A stretch of DNA of 62,745 nucleotides, filler included, from 9 parts of 9 records of this genome joined end to end with filler, not necessarily neighbours in it; one strand, 5' to 3'. Positions 11,201 through 21,530 are shown, counted from the whole stretch's first letter. Numbers and translations: made by a program. Notes: generated by a model from the letters alone, not told the origin.

Positions 11201-12161
11201 CGTCGGGTTTGATACCAACAAAACTATGTGCGAAGAATGCGTTAAATGGAACTTCGTCAATTCCTATCAGACTTTTGCCGGACAAAAACGAGCTGAGTTC
11301 CGGGCTCAAATACGGTGGTGAATCATGCGTGCCACCAAAGTTGTCCCTTAGCCCCACAAAGAACTTTTGTTTTTCAACTTCTGAGCATTGGTGCTGAATA
11401 TTACCAAATTCGAGGCTGTTTAAAGTTTGCCCACTTGAGATTTCAACAAAATAGCCTCCAGTAGAGGGTGCAGTCTGAGCCCAATCTGTTTTCTGATGCT
11501 CAAACACGACCCACTCAGCAAATGTAAGGTCTGAGAAACAAAACCTTCCCTGACTATCGGTTGTGGTGGTGTACTCGACATTGTTGGCTACGTTGCGAAT
11601 TGTGATGGTCCAGCCGGAAATCCCTGGCTCATCCGGGTCGCGGTAACCACTGCAGTTTTTATCATTGTATTTTATACCACAAAGTTTCCCGTGAGTAATT
11701 GCGGTAAACATTTGCAGTTCTTCTTCACACCCAAGCCACTGCTGGCTTGCATCATCCAGATACAAGGTGTTTGCCAGGTAACTTGCTTCGCCACTGTTAA
11801 GTGTAATCGCACCAAGATAGTTTGACTCACCCGCATTACAGCACGTATTCCAGGTCAAGGTATTACCGTTAATTTCCAATGCATACTCGCCGTCTTCTGC
11901 CAGTGTAATGTCGGCCGGCTCGCCCTGAATGATCATTGAGTAGCCCAGATCAATGCAGGCTGCATCGTCGGCCACATCCAGATAGAGCCTAAAACTGTTA
12001 GCCCCCAGATCGGTGGCATTTTCGACGCGTAGATTATAGGCTTCACAGCACGCTTGTGCATGTAGCGTGGGCAGTGAACCAAAACTGACACACAAACAAA
12101 GAGTAAAAACAATCAATATGTTTAAGCGGGTATGCTTAAAATCATTAGTTATATGATCCAT
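8220..12161 (-). CDS. Large secreted protein with three SdrD-B-like repeats, repeated unknown domains and a T9SS type A C-terminal sorting domain
   Basis: Signal peptide ending LHA-Q; 3x ICGxK(Y/F)xDxNxxGxRDxxEPG...TTDxxGxF; C-terminus TPNPAQ...VVNMMGQ...GAYFVRV. Confidence 0.85.
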   Translation of the reverse strand: MDHITNDFKHTRLNILIVFTLCLCVSFGSLPTLHAQACCEAYNLRVENATDLGANSFRLYLDVADDAACIDLGYSMIIQGEPADITLAEDGEYALEINGNTLTWNTCCNAGESNYLGAITLNSGEASYLANTLYLDDASQQWLGCEEELQMFTAITHGKLCGIKYNDKNCSGYRDPDEPGISGWTITIRNVANNVEYTTTTDSQGRFCFSDLTFAEWVVFEHQKTDWAQTAPSTGGYFVEISSGQTLNSLEFGNIQHQCSEVEKQKFFVGLRDNFGGTHDSPPYLSPELSSFLSGKSLIGIDEVPFNAFFAHSFVGIKPDECCIVGGTLTMRLKANSSFQADNDRLNFLEDGRGIWSAKIGDLANTDPWLEPDVATITLDLANLPGNTIKSVLPALQDGVFDLFLQDDTVVDWVELELEYCCKSTCCDYLTPVIKNNPDKGECCFDISIDVTDGMPCDISQVRMIVYDVQFGTDWLDDVTYAGSGGDSYTITDNVINVVKYLDPGMNSLGTYCLNGTFDRYNIVFEYYDFDLKMWTTCSQAVEVYCQIENGNICGSKYEDLNCNGIRDIGEPGIAGWTINIENPQNQIQHSQVTDSDGNYCFSNLKYSEWTVSEEQGNGWVQTAPQSSSYNLKLYSQQTVYSVDFGNTQVCADTEIRKFEAGVKDDFASGGEFTGIWTGHELNNYLNGLPTVGFDVPAEEQYFGHSFTGITFDNCCIVAAKLTFRAKGNGSASAANDRIEFIEDGRIIWSAKLGDLVGTTDWGVAGPVTFTLNLWDLPGSLVTSVIPNLRDGTFDMVIQNDTQVDWVDLQVYYCCSSTCCNYFTPKVNNNADQDVCCFDFSVDMAAVIGCEYSAVRMTVYPDLNDWISIDYTGDGSHAWLIEYNQILIEGDLGVGLNSLGTFCFHSISSSFRVVFEYYNETTGLWTLCNQEVTAYCRIDEADICGHKFEDLNRNGVRDPGEPGVAGFTINALNLDNNQMFSVVTDMYGNFVFNGLTYATWRIFETQRSDYVQYSPASSYYDIVLQANQAYECLNFGNAATCDDLQYFTWRNGERDDFDPDPDLKPAAPSVELQTFLAGKSPIVGFDNEEIDRYFAHTQTGLDFYKTSGYCFIGATLTLQVRTNPDLESFDDKIAFVQDGKVIYERYIGSLVGALWVGQGPTVITIDLADLDPLSTGLYGATSAMPSMLDGNFDFYIENATSVDWVEFEIQHCCIGLPKSAESIGPSVLQSSLLTPNPAQNNLKLEFSLLQAGSLQLDVVNMMGQSLISLEPQNYSVGSHAIDFNVRGLGQGAYFVRVRSESGWMQSLPFTIVR

Positions 12162-12774
12162 AATAATAATCCGATAGTATAAAGGTAGCTGTAATGAGGT
12201 ATCCGGGCGGCATCTCGTGGATGCCGTCTGAATCCGTGAAGTGAACTGAACAAAGATGTTAATGTTCAGGCTTGGGTCAGGCTGACCCTAAGTCTGAATC
12301 AGTGCCGTAAACAAATGCGAAGTGCGAATGGAGTTAGCGTCAGCACCGGCTGGAGTGGCTGTCCAGTTACTTGTGCTGATTGAGGTTTTTTCGAGGGCTA
12401 AGACGGGGAATGATTAAAGTGGCTCAGGTCATGTGCTGCTTGCTCTCGCAAACCGGATTGGCAGTAATACGCTTTTCCAGTTTTGGCGATCGACTATGTT
12501 ATACCGACGCTATTGGAAGCTTGGGTGGCAGTAGATGCGCTAATTTGGCAGTTTGTTAGAATCGCGCGGCCTTAACTGCTCCCAAAGGGGTAACTCCTAT
12601 ATTTGTGATTAAAATACTTAGCACTGGCAAGATAGTAGATTGCTCGACTATTACAAAATAGCACTGTTGATTTTAATATTTAAGGTATACCCATGGTTAC
12701 GTTATTGGCCACAGTAGCTGTCGGCAAACGACGAATCGAATTACTTGAAGGGATTTTGGCATGTGGCACAGAGC

Positions 12775-12804
12775 CAAACAAAAAGCTCAAAAAGCCAGCT
12801 GGAA
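12775..12804 (+). repeat. 30-bp repeat, exact inverted copy of 8012-8041
   Basis: CAAACAAAAAGCTCAAAAAGCCAGCTGGAA. Confidence 0.9.
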
Positions 12805-12848
12805 GGGCCTGGACGACAGCGCAGCTCAAGCCCGCAGCTGCGATGATG

Positions 12849-13252
12849 TTAACAACTCAGTCGTTTGGATAACAGGATGCGACTTTCGGAGGAGATATCT
12901 CGCGCAGAATACCCGATTACATCATATCCAGACCTGGCCAGAAACGCCCGCATCCCGAACCACTGGTTGCGTGTCTTGATTTTGATTTCTGTAAAATTGC
13001 GCTCACAGGCCCACTGCCCCATCGCCAGCATCAGGGATGTTAATACTCCCTGACGTCGATATTTCGGTTTAACAGCTACCATCCAGCAATACAGGGAGCC
13101 ATCCTGATAACGATCATAAGCCACTAAATAGCCGGCCGGCACCTTGTTAACACTTGCCAACAGAAGCAGATGCTGCCTATCGGCGCAACGTTTGTGACAC
13201 TCTGCAGCAAGTGCAGTGGCATTAAATTCAGGTATAGAATTGTGAACAGCGA
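12849..13252 (-). CDS. GNAT family N-acetyltransferase (5' truncated by contig end)
   Basis: Frame open to the contig edge (AVHNSIPEF...); acetyl-CoA motif VKPKYRRQGV; KTRNQW. Confidence 0.8.
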
Positions 13253-13352
13253 NNNNNNNNNNNNNNNNNNNNNNNNNNNNNNNNNNNNNNNNNNNNTTAA
13301 TTAATTAANNNNNNNNNNNNNNNNNNNNNNNNNNNNNNNNNNNNNNNNNNNN
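13253..13352. other. Artificial contig linker
   Basis: 44 N + TTAATTAATTAA + 44 N. Confidence 0.99.
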
Positions 13353-13372
13353 TAAATCAAGGCAGTTTATTG

Positions 13373-13442
13373 GTAGTGGACGGGGTTACGAGTCCGTTCG
13401 AAATCGTTCATGGATTCGGGTACTCGTAACCTCGTCCACTAC
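13373..13442. repeat. GTAG-type REP doublet (REPIN-like inverted pair)
   Basis: GTAGTGGACGGGGTTACGAGT ... ACTCGTAACCTCGTCCACTAC; 21-bp arms with one mismatch. Confidence 0.7.
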
Positions 13443-13516
13443 GAAGAAGGCAACTCAAGGTGAATAACTGAGCTGCCCTGCCAGTTCCAGCCCGAGATGA
13501 CTTTGGTAAATCGAGT

Positions 13517-13924
13517 TTAATTGGCTAGGCGTTTGTAGATTGAGAGCCGGCGCACGGCCACGAATGCGGGAATCGATAGAATCGGGAAGAATACAGCCCC
13601 GGCGAGGATGCCCAGCCAGCGAGCTGCCTTGTAGTGGGAATCCAATTTATCGATCGGCAGGAATGCAATTCGGAGCATCATTGTCGCCAGCACGGCAGCA
13701 AGACCGCACATGACGAAAGGGGCAACGACTCGAGAGACCTTCATGGTAGTTTCCGCCAGCTCTTGAGCAACGGTGACGGTGCAGATCATGGCTGTGTAAA
13801 CCAGGATGAGAATGCCCATCCACTTATAATACAATTGCACTTGTTTAACGTACCAGGAAGCATCCCTGTCGCAGACGTCGGATGCTGGTGATGGTGCGTA
13901 AGGATTGTTATCCGAGGACTGCAT
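13517..13924 (-). CDS. Small membrane protein (Planctomycete-type NPY N-terminal motif)
   Basis: NNPYAPSP followed by three hydrophobic helices. Confidence 0.65.
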   Translation of the reverse strand: MQSSDNNPYAPSPASDVCDRDASWYVKQVQLYYKWMGILILVYTAMICTVTVAQELAETTMKVSRVVAPFVMCGLAAVLATMMLRIAFLPIDKLDSHYKAARWLGILAGAVFFPILSIPAFVAVRRLSIYKRLAN

Positions 13925-13993
13925 CGTGCGAGCGAAGTGGATGGTGTGGCGAGCGAGGTGGATTCCTGGATGCTGGACTCCGGTCGCAATTCT

Positions 13994-15805
13994 CTAGCGT
14001 TCGATGTTGTATTGTTCAAGTTTTCGGTAGAGGGTCGCGCGGCTTACGCCCAGCAGTTTGGTGGCTTCAATGATGTTGTTCTTTGTTCGCTGAAGTGCTT
14101 CACGAATTAGCCGCTCCTCCCAAACTTCAAGACGAAGGCTGTCGAGTTGATCGGTGCCAACATCTTGCAAAGATAGGTCCGTTGGAACAATCTCACTGCC
14201 AGCGGCGAGGACAACTCCGCTATCGATCACATTGCGTAGCTGCCGGACGTTTCCGGGCCACTGGTACTTTCGCAACATCTTGAGAGCCGCCCCCGATAGC
14301 TTCAAGTTCGGCCGCCCATGTTCAACTCGAAAGTGATTCAAGAAATGCTGAATGAGGACGTCGACGTCATCACCACGATCCCGTAGAGGTGGAACTTGTA
14401 GTTCGAAGACGCTGAGGCGGTAATACAAGTCTTCGCGGAATTTTTTCTCGCGAACGTACTCACGCAGGTCTCGGTTCGTGGCGGCAATAACCCGAACGTC
14501 AACCGTGACCTCTTTCGTATCACCCACTGGCATGAAAGGATGCCCTTCGAGGATCCGCAGCAATTTAGCTTGCCCCTCGAGATTCAGCTCCCCGACTTCG
14601 TCCAAGAAGAGCGTGCCCGTGTGTGCCTGTTGGAACCACCCCTGATGATCTTTCTCTGCACCGGTGAAGGAGCCTTTCTTGTGCCCAAACAACTGGCTTT
14701 CCATCAGTTCTTCGGGGATTGCCGCACAGTTGACGCACAGCAGCGGTCGGTCCTTACGGGGGCTCATTCGGTGAATGGCTCGAGAAACGAGTTCTTTACC
14801 AACACCGCTTTCACCACGCACCAACGCACAGCCACTTGCCTTCGCGACTCGAGAAATTCGGTCCTTCAGCAGCCGCATCGCTGAGCAGTCTCCGATCAGC
14901 TCGTCGAAGTCCGCTGACCGCTGAATCAGTCGATCGTGTTCTGCCGAAAGACTGGCTTGGGCACGGCTGCTCTCAAGGGCGGCAGCCAAAATCCCGGCCG
15001 CTGAGATTGCAAAATCGAAATGAGACTGTTCAAACTTCGATTTTTCGCGGTACAAATGAATTGCGCCCATGATCGACGCGTCCGACATGAGCGGCACGCA
15101 GATCGCATCCGCAAAGTCGCCTTCTACCTCGGATGCATCTAGTCGATCTTTGATCCAAACTGCCCTACCATCGCGACTAACACGTTCGGTGAGCTTTTTG
15201 TTCAGTCGAATTCGGTCGGCCAGATTGGCGGGAAAAATGCTCTGTGGTCGCAAGTCGCCTTGTTCGTCAATCCAGAGAAACCCTACGGCTGTCGACTGCG
15301 TCCGGACTCGCAACATATCGAGCCCTTGGGCGGCCACTTCTGCCGGCGAGGAGCAGCGGATCAGGCACATGCTGAGCTGGTAAAGGTCCAGCATGTCCTG
15401 GCTGCGTTTCTGCGAATACAGTTGGCTCATCGCGCTGACGCCACTTGCCTCGCGCGAAACCTGGGCCTCTTGAACAAGCGTCTGGCCGCTTGGCTTCGTG
15501 TCGTCTTCATCACGAGGCAGCTCAAACAACAGCTCAGTCGAACCGATTTGGATTCGATCCCCATCGTTCAAACAAACCTGCGCAATCTTCTCATTGTTGA
15601 CCAACGTGCCATTGCGACTCTCTGCATCGGAGGCCGTCCACTTCCCATCTTCGTAACTGATGATGGCGTGCGTGCGTGAGCTGAGTGGATCTGACAGGTA
15701 AATCTGGCAGCCGTTCCCACGTCCAATGCGAGTGGGCTGGCTCGCATCAAGTAAATACTTCTTTTCAGAAGCCGTGCCGCGTACAACGGTGGCAAGCGCT
15801 TTCAT
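13994..15805 (-). CDS. Sigma-54-dependent enhancer-binding protein, FHA-GAF-AAA-Fis
   Basis: FHA IGRG..SRTHA..SRNGT; GAF; GESGVGKE, GSFTGA, LFLDEVGE, WPGNVRQL; Fis HTH; likely ATG at 15805. Confidence 0.93.
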   Translation of the reverse strand: MKALATVVRGTASEKKYLLDASQPTRIGRGNGCQIYLSDPLSSRTHAIISYEDGKWTASDAESRNGTLVNNEKIAQVCLNDGDRIQIGSTELLFELPRDEDDTKPSGQTLVQEAQVSREASGVSAMSQLYSQKRSQDMLDLYQLSMCLIRCSSPAEVAAQGLDMLRVRTQSTAVGFLWIDEQGDLRPQSIFPANLADRIRLNKKLTERVSRDGRAVWIKDRLDASEVEGDFADAICVPLMSDASIMGAIHLYREKSKFEQSHFDFAISAAGILAAALESSRAQASLSAEHDRLIQRSADFDELIGDCSAMRLLKDRISRVAKASGCALVRGESGVGKELVSRAIHRMSPRKDRPLLCVNCAAIPEELMESQLFGHKKGSFTGAEKDHQGWFQQAHTGTLFLDEVGELNLEGQAKLLRILEGHPFMPVGDTKEVTVDVRVIAATNRDLREYVREKKFREDLYYRLSVFELQVPPLRDRGDDVDVLIQHFLNHFRVEHGRPNLKLSGAALKMLRKYQWPGNVRQLRNVIDSGVVLAAGSEIVPTDLSLQDVGTDQLDSLRLEVWEERLIREALQRTKNNIIEATKLLGVSRATLYRKLEQYNIER

Positions 15806-16386
15806 GATCGGTGAGTAGGTTTGAGGAGGGAGGCGTTTGAATCTACGATCAAAACTACGAAACTCTGAAAGCAACGCTCAGGGGAGGAAAGCAGGCGGGA
15901 TTCAACTGCTAGCGGGGCGAAGGCAACCATGGGAATTTGGGCGGAATTGATCGGAACATCTTATCGAACAGGAGTTTACGTGTTAATGACGGTTCATGTG
16001 TATGAAGCTCTAACGGCATCCGCAATCCGTCTGCCGGAGCGAGAGTTTAGGCGCTTTCGGTAATGCGAAGCGGCATGAGTTGGAGTTGCGCAGGATAGGT
16101 AAGCAGACGAACAAGTTCGGGGCGGAAACAAGTACTTTGATGCGAACCAATACATTGTGTTGTGAGCAGCAACCACCTTTGTGGACCTCCCCGCCCCTCC
16201 AGATTGGCGGCTGGTGAGCAAGTCAACGCGAGCGACAGGGCGATATAGGTTCCCCCTCATACTGTGGGTTAAACTCTTCGGACGCCCGAAGGCTATCAAA
16301 AGTTCCAATTGTGACGAAAGTACCGCCCGCCAGCCGCCCGGGTGGCATCGGTTGAATTAACAACTAGGACGGTCAGTTAGCAATTC

Positions 16387-16407
16387 GTAGGGTGGGTGAA
16401 ACCCACC
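16387..16407 (+). repeat. Single GTAG-type REP-like palindrome
   Basis: GTAG-GGTGGGT-GAA-ACCCACC. Confidence 0.5.
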
Positions 16408-16542
16408 TGCAGTTAGCAGCCCTGAATTAGCAAGAATGCAGCTACCAGCAAACCAGAATCAGCCCTAAGCAAGAAGGCTGCCATGCAGTAGTTGGGTTGT
16501 ATGAGTTTTTGCCAACCCACGAAGAACGGCGGGGCACCCACG

Positions 16543-18060
16543 CTACAGAGGAGTTGCGGCTACGAATCCGAAGTCCTTTGCCGTATGGTCAATCTCGATC
16601 TCGGCAAGTGCTGTGGCAATCTCCCGTTCGTATTGGGCTATTTTCGCTTGAGTCTCCTCAAGATCAGGCGATACTCCCGTTTGATCCCGATGAAGTAAAG
16701 CTAGGGCAAGCTGCGACTTTGCCAGTTCATAATCCATGGAAAACGTCTGGGCGGCTTTGCAACTCTTCTTTAAGAATCGTTCTGCGCTCCCGATTTTTCC
16801 GCAGTCGGCCATCAACAGTCCGTACTCTCGAAGTGCGAACGAGTATTCCGTCGGAAAGAATCGGCAGACCCAAAGGCTGCGGCTGGCAATACGTTTCGCT
16901 TTCCTGCGTATCACCTGTGCCTGAGCTGATTGCGTTTCAGCTACATCCTTAGCGTGCAACCGGTGGGCGCGAACCAACAATGGTAGTCCAGCGATAACAT
17001 GCCAATTGGGGAGGGCTACCTTATAAGGGCGTTTCAATGACCGCTCAAAGCTTTGAATTGCTTTGTCGAATTCTTTCAGATGCAATTGACGGATGCCGTA
17101 AGCTTTGTCGAGATTGCACGTAGATAGAACGTCCTCATCTTTACGTACGATCTGGTGTTCAATCGACTCCAGCGGAAATCGGCCATCGGTGATGCGACAA
17201 TGTAGATAAGCGGTGCAATTCGTTCGCACATCCGAGAGCTTCGCTGCACTGCAAAACGTCGTCCAATTGACGAGAAGAGCTTCCTTCAGTTTGCCCGACA
17301 AGTATAACGATTGCGCCAGATGAAGGTTATTGAGATGCATGTGCCAGTCTCCGCCCACATACTCGAATTTCTCTTTGCCGATTCTTAGCAGTTCCGCCGC
17401 TCTCTCGAAATCGCCTTGAGCGAAGGAGCTTGACCCACTCCAAGCATGCGCGGTTGCAGCGGAATGTTCATCATCTGTTTGCTTCGCGCAGCGTAACGAA
17501 CTTTCAACATACGCAACGCTATGTTTTTGCAGGCCAATCGTCGACACGAAAATGGAGTACGCTGCGTGCAGTTGAGCGGACTCCCCGGTCGGCGCGAACT
17601 CGCGTGCCTCTTCCAAGCCACGTAGTACCGCCCAAGGAACAAATCTCCCATTGATGAACATCGCTGTTCTCAGCATGCGTTCAAATAGCCTCATTGACAA
17701 AGTAGCGATTGCCGCCGGTTTCTTCGAAGAGCTGGTAGGTAAGCTCTTGGATGCGTTGCGAGTCCAACTTAGGGTATCGTCTAGACAACAGTGATTCGCA
17801 GTCACTCCCTTTCATCGGAGCAACCTCAATCAATGCCTCGCTCCTGCTACCCGGTTTGGATGCAAATTGCTCATTCCAGCTCTTGAGGAACGGGCCCCTA
17901 TCAGCTTCGTCGGATCGATAGCAACCAAGAAACATCAATCTTGGCGTCCCATCGCTGGAAAGAAAGTCCATTAGCACCTGAGCACTGTCATTGTCGCCCC
18001 ACTGAAGATCATCGCAGAACATGATGATCGGAACCTTGATTGCCAATCGGTAAAGCGTAA
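16543..18060 (-). pseudogene. Fragmented STAND-type AAA/TPR gene of the kind usually fused to Ser/Thr kinases
   Basis: ORF 17681-18112 carries FCDDLQWGD..CYRSDE..TGGNRYFV but no Walker A; ORF 16543-17805 is a TPR-like C-terminal part in another frame. Confidence 0.65.
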
Positions 18061-18080
18061 CTATACGCCCAGTCGAATCA

Positions 18081-18846
18081 TTGGAGAGCATAGTCGCGCG
18101 TGCGAGGACCAAGTGTGGCTCGTGCGGCCAGAAGCTTTATACGATGCCCGTAGATGTCGCGTCCATCTTCACAGGACCAATCCGATGTTCTCAAATTCTC
18201 TTGCGTGCCTCCTGTCTTGTTGTCCAGTCTTCAGCACCGCAATCGATCCGCATAGAAATATCTGACAAAGAAGAAGTCTCGCGGCACCCCCTCGCTCTTG
18301 ATGACGCCCTACTTGGGCGAAGAATGGCTGCGACCGTTCTGTTTGATAACCTGGAAATTGTCGATCTAAAGGCAAGCTGTGGTTGCGTAGACGCTGTCGC
18401 AGAGAGAACGCCAGATGGAGCGACAAAGGTATCAATCGTTATCGCTCCCCCTTCGCGAGAAGAAACTGTACGTGTTCAGGTGAAATTGCATTGTATTGTG
18501 AATGCCGTAGCAAAACAGGTACTTCTCGATATCGAAACAACGTTTCGTCACCCAGTTTCGTTTGCACGAGAGATCCTGGTTGCCAGACGCTCGGAGGCAG
18601 TTCCTGGGAAATCGCTGGCCTGGACGTTCAAAGCCAAGTGCCTTCAAGAACGAGAAATTGATATACCTTGACGGTCACGAACTACGATCAGATAGCTTCA
18701 AAGTTTATCGAAGAAGCGACAGAGTCTACGACTTTGAAGTTGGGGTTCCTGCAGATTCGATTCCCCAACAACTAGCAGGACGTTTAGGTAAGTCCGTTTC
18801 ATTTGAATTACCGTTCAAGGCATCCGAGGTTGCAGACAAATGGTGA
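18081..18846 (+). pseudogene. DUF1573-like Ig-fold protein, probably frameshifted near 18660
   Basis: IVDLKASCGC motif; coding-like sequence continues in another frame (18562-18846) up to the next gene. Confidence 0.4.
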
Positions 18847-19934
18847 AACACTGCATAGTCACGCCAGTATCATTGTTGCTTCTTAGCATGTTGTGGAGTT
18901 TCAATGCCCAGGCACAGCAAACTGAGCCAGCAGTGCCACCTGGCGCGCTGAAGTTGAGTGATCTCCCAAAGTACCATCAAACAGGAAGCCCTCGAGAGTT
19001 TGGTCGTCTCTGGCGAGAATTCATTGTCCATTCGAAAAAAAACGAAAGCTTTTGTTCTCGAGTCGTAGCTCAGAAATTGCATGTTGCCAATTGGGAGGCG
19101 GCGAAAAAGAGCACTAGATCGGCCATCGAACCACGGGCAGTCTGGGTATGCGATTGTTACACGGACTATTTGGAAAATGCCTCGCGTCAAGACTGGCTAT
19201 CTGCTGACGGTTTCCCGAAGGGAAGCAATGCGGTCGAGCTTATCGAAGAGGAAGGGCTGAAGATGTTTCAACTGGAAGACTCTAAGTATCGCCGCAATCA
19301 TACTCGATTAGTCCGGACGCTGGATTACGAACTGAAACAAACGAATGAAAAGCTGGGTATATTGAGGTTGCCGGTTGGTCAGCCTCGCGGAATGCCAGGA
19401 GTCTTCGATTTTCGCGTTGTTGCTTGGATGCCTCACAGCCAGTGGATCGTCCCAACGAGCCAAGACCAGTGGCTCAACCTTCTCGAAAATTTCTGCGATC
19501 CGTTTTTTGTCCGCGATTCAGCCAACTCCCGACAGAAAGAACTGGGGCTCGTTTACAAGGCAGCTAATCGCGAGCAACTTTTTTTATTCAAGCTTGAGGC
19601 GGGTGATAGAAGACGCCTGCGCAGCGTTTCTCTGACAAAGATTGTCCACAAGACTAACGACGACAAGACGCTACACACTCGAATGCGACCTGAGTTCGAA
19701 AGCATTATCAACTATGATGGCGAGAAAGTTTCTTCGATCGCTATTTTTGAGGCCCAGACCGGCGATGTTTGGAGATTCGACTACTTGGCACCTGACAAAT
19801 TCAAGCCGAATCCAAACCTCTTCTCGGCAGATCATTTTTATGACGATCGCGGGAAACTAACAATTTCACCAGAGCTAAAAGCAGCGTTTGACGCGACCGA
19901 ACTCGAGACAATCCTAGGTAGGTTACGAAACTGA
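18840..19934 (+). CDS. Secreted hypothetical protein
   Basis: 364-aa ORF, signal peptide ending AQA-QQ; no family recognised. Confidence 0.7.
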   Translation: MVKHCIVTPVSLLLLSMLWSFNAQAQQTEPAVPPGALKLSDLPKYHQTGSPREFGRLWREFIVHSKKNESFCSRVVAQKLHVANWEAAKKSTRSAIEPRAVWVCDCYTDYLENASRQDWLSADGFPKGSNAVELIEEEGLKMFQLEDSKYRRNHTRLVRTLDYELKQTNEKLGILRLPVGQPRGMPGVFDFRVVAWMPHSQWIVPTSQDQWLNLLENFCDPFFVRDSANSRQKELGLVYKAANREQLFLFKLEAGDRRRLRSVSLTKIVHKTNDDKTLHTRMRPEFESIINYDGEKVSSIAIFEAQTGDVWRFDYLAPDKFKPNPNLFSADHFYDDRGKLTISPELKAAFDATELETILGRLRN

Positions 19935-19953
19935 TTTTTTCAGAGAGGCAACC

Positions 19954-19999
19954 ATGAAGAAGCTCGTAGTGATTTTCTGTGCTAGCATATCGATATGCT
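19954..19999 (+). CDS. 5' fragment of a signal-peptide-bearing protein (truncated by contig end)
   Basis: AGAGG RBS then MKKLVVIFCASISIC. Confidence 0.45.
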
Positions 20000-20099
20000 N
20001 NNNNNNNNNNNNNNNNNNNNNNNNNNNNNNNNNNNNNNNNNNNTTAATTAATTAANNNNNNNNNNNNNNNNNNNNNNNNNNNNNNNNNNNNNNNNNNNN
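20000..20099. other. Artificial contig linker
   Basis: 44 N + TTAATTAATTAA + 44 N. Confidence 0.99.
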
Positions 20100-21520
20100 T
20101 CAACACCGTTTATGAATGCCGCAGGTGCCCAGCGAGCATAAATCGACGAGCCGGTAACTCGATGTGTCCGCCCCACAAGTTTCCCTTGCCGATCCAGGCC
20201 GGCGGATACACGGTCGTAATAGTATGGCCTGTAATAGTCGTGAGTCATGTCCTCTTCGCGAGTCCAGACGAGCTTTACCGGATATCGAATATCTTTCAGC
20301 AGGGCTGCAGCAATTTCGATGGAATCAACCTCAAGACGTCGACCGAACGCTCCTCCGATGAGCTGGTTGTGCACCGTAACTTTTGCCGGCGACAGGCCCG
20401 TCGCGTCGGCCACCGCTTTTTGCGCTCTGACCGGGACCTGGGTACCTACCCATAACTCTGCCTCCCCCTCGCGCACGTGGAGCGTGCAATTCAGAGGCTC
20501 GAGCGGCGAATGCGATAGAAACGGCGACTGATAAACGGCGTCTACTCTTACCGCCGAAGCCGCGATAGCACCCTCGGCGTTGTTGTCGTCCCGGATGATA
20601 ACTCCCTTCGACAACGAAGCCTCCGCCATATCGTCAACGATCGCGTCAACAGTTACTGCTGCGTTCTTGCCCAAGTCCCACTGGATGTCGAGCGCTTCCA
20701 GCCCCACGATTGCTGCCCACATGTGGTCAGCAATCACGGCGACGGCATAATCGCCAGCCGTAACGATATCGCGCACGCCTCTTACTTCGCGTGCGGCTGC
20801 TTCGTCCATGTCGGCAAGCCGACCGCCCTTGACCGGGCTCATTGCAAGTGTGGCGATTTTCATTCCCGGAAGTATCGTATCGATACCATACTTTACCTGA
20901 CCATTGACCTTTCCGGGTGTATCTATACGTTTTTCGGAAGTACCAATTATCTTGAATTCTGCCGGCTCTTTCAACGGAACCGCATCAGGTATTTCGCGCA
21001 CAGCAGCTAAGGGGGCGATGTCACGATATCGTACGCTCCTCTGTGTCGCCCAGTGAAATATCTCACCCTTGGTGACCGAGCAGTCGTCAGCAGAAACTCC
21101 CCATTGATCCGCGGCTGCGCCCACAAGCATGGCTCTGGCTGTCGCTGCAGCTTGGCGGAGGCGCATCCAATCAGCTCGGGTCGAAGTCGATCCACCAGTA
21201 GCCTGATCGTAAAGGATAGGATCCATGTATTTCGATATGTCCGGCGGGGCAGCCTCAACCCTGACCTGATCAAGTGTCACTTCAAGCTCTTCCGCCATGA
21301 GCATTGCACTTGAGGTATAGATTCCCTGGCCGAATTCGGTATGAGGCATGATGAGTGTGATGTCGTTCTCATCGATGCGGATGAACGCGTTCGGCACGAA
21401 AGGATCACCTGTCTTCGCGGCTCTTGCCGCATTCGGCAATTGAACCGAAAGCATCAAACCTGTTGTCGCGAGGATGCTGCCCGACAGGAACGCACGCCGG
21501 GAAAAGAGGTTTTCAATCAT
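20100..21520 (-). CDS. Xanthine dehydrogenase family molybdopterin-binding subunit (IorB-like), 3' truncated
   Basis: Tat signal SRRAFL; EFGQG, TGGSTS, LEPLNC, GGAFGRR motifs. Confidence 0.92.
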
Positions 21521-21530
21521 TTATATCTCC

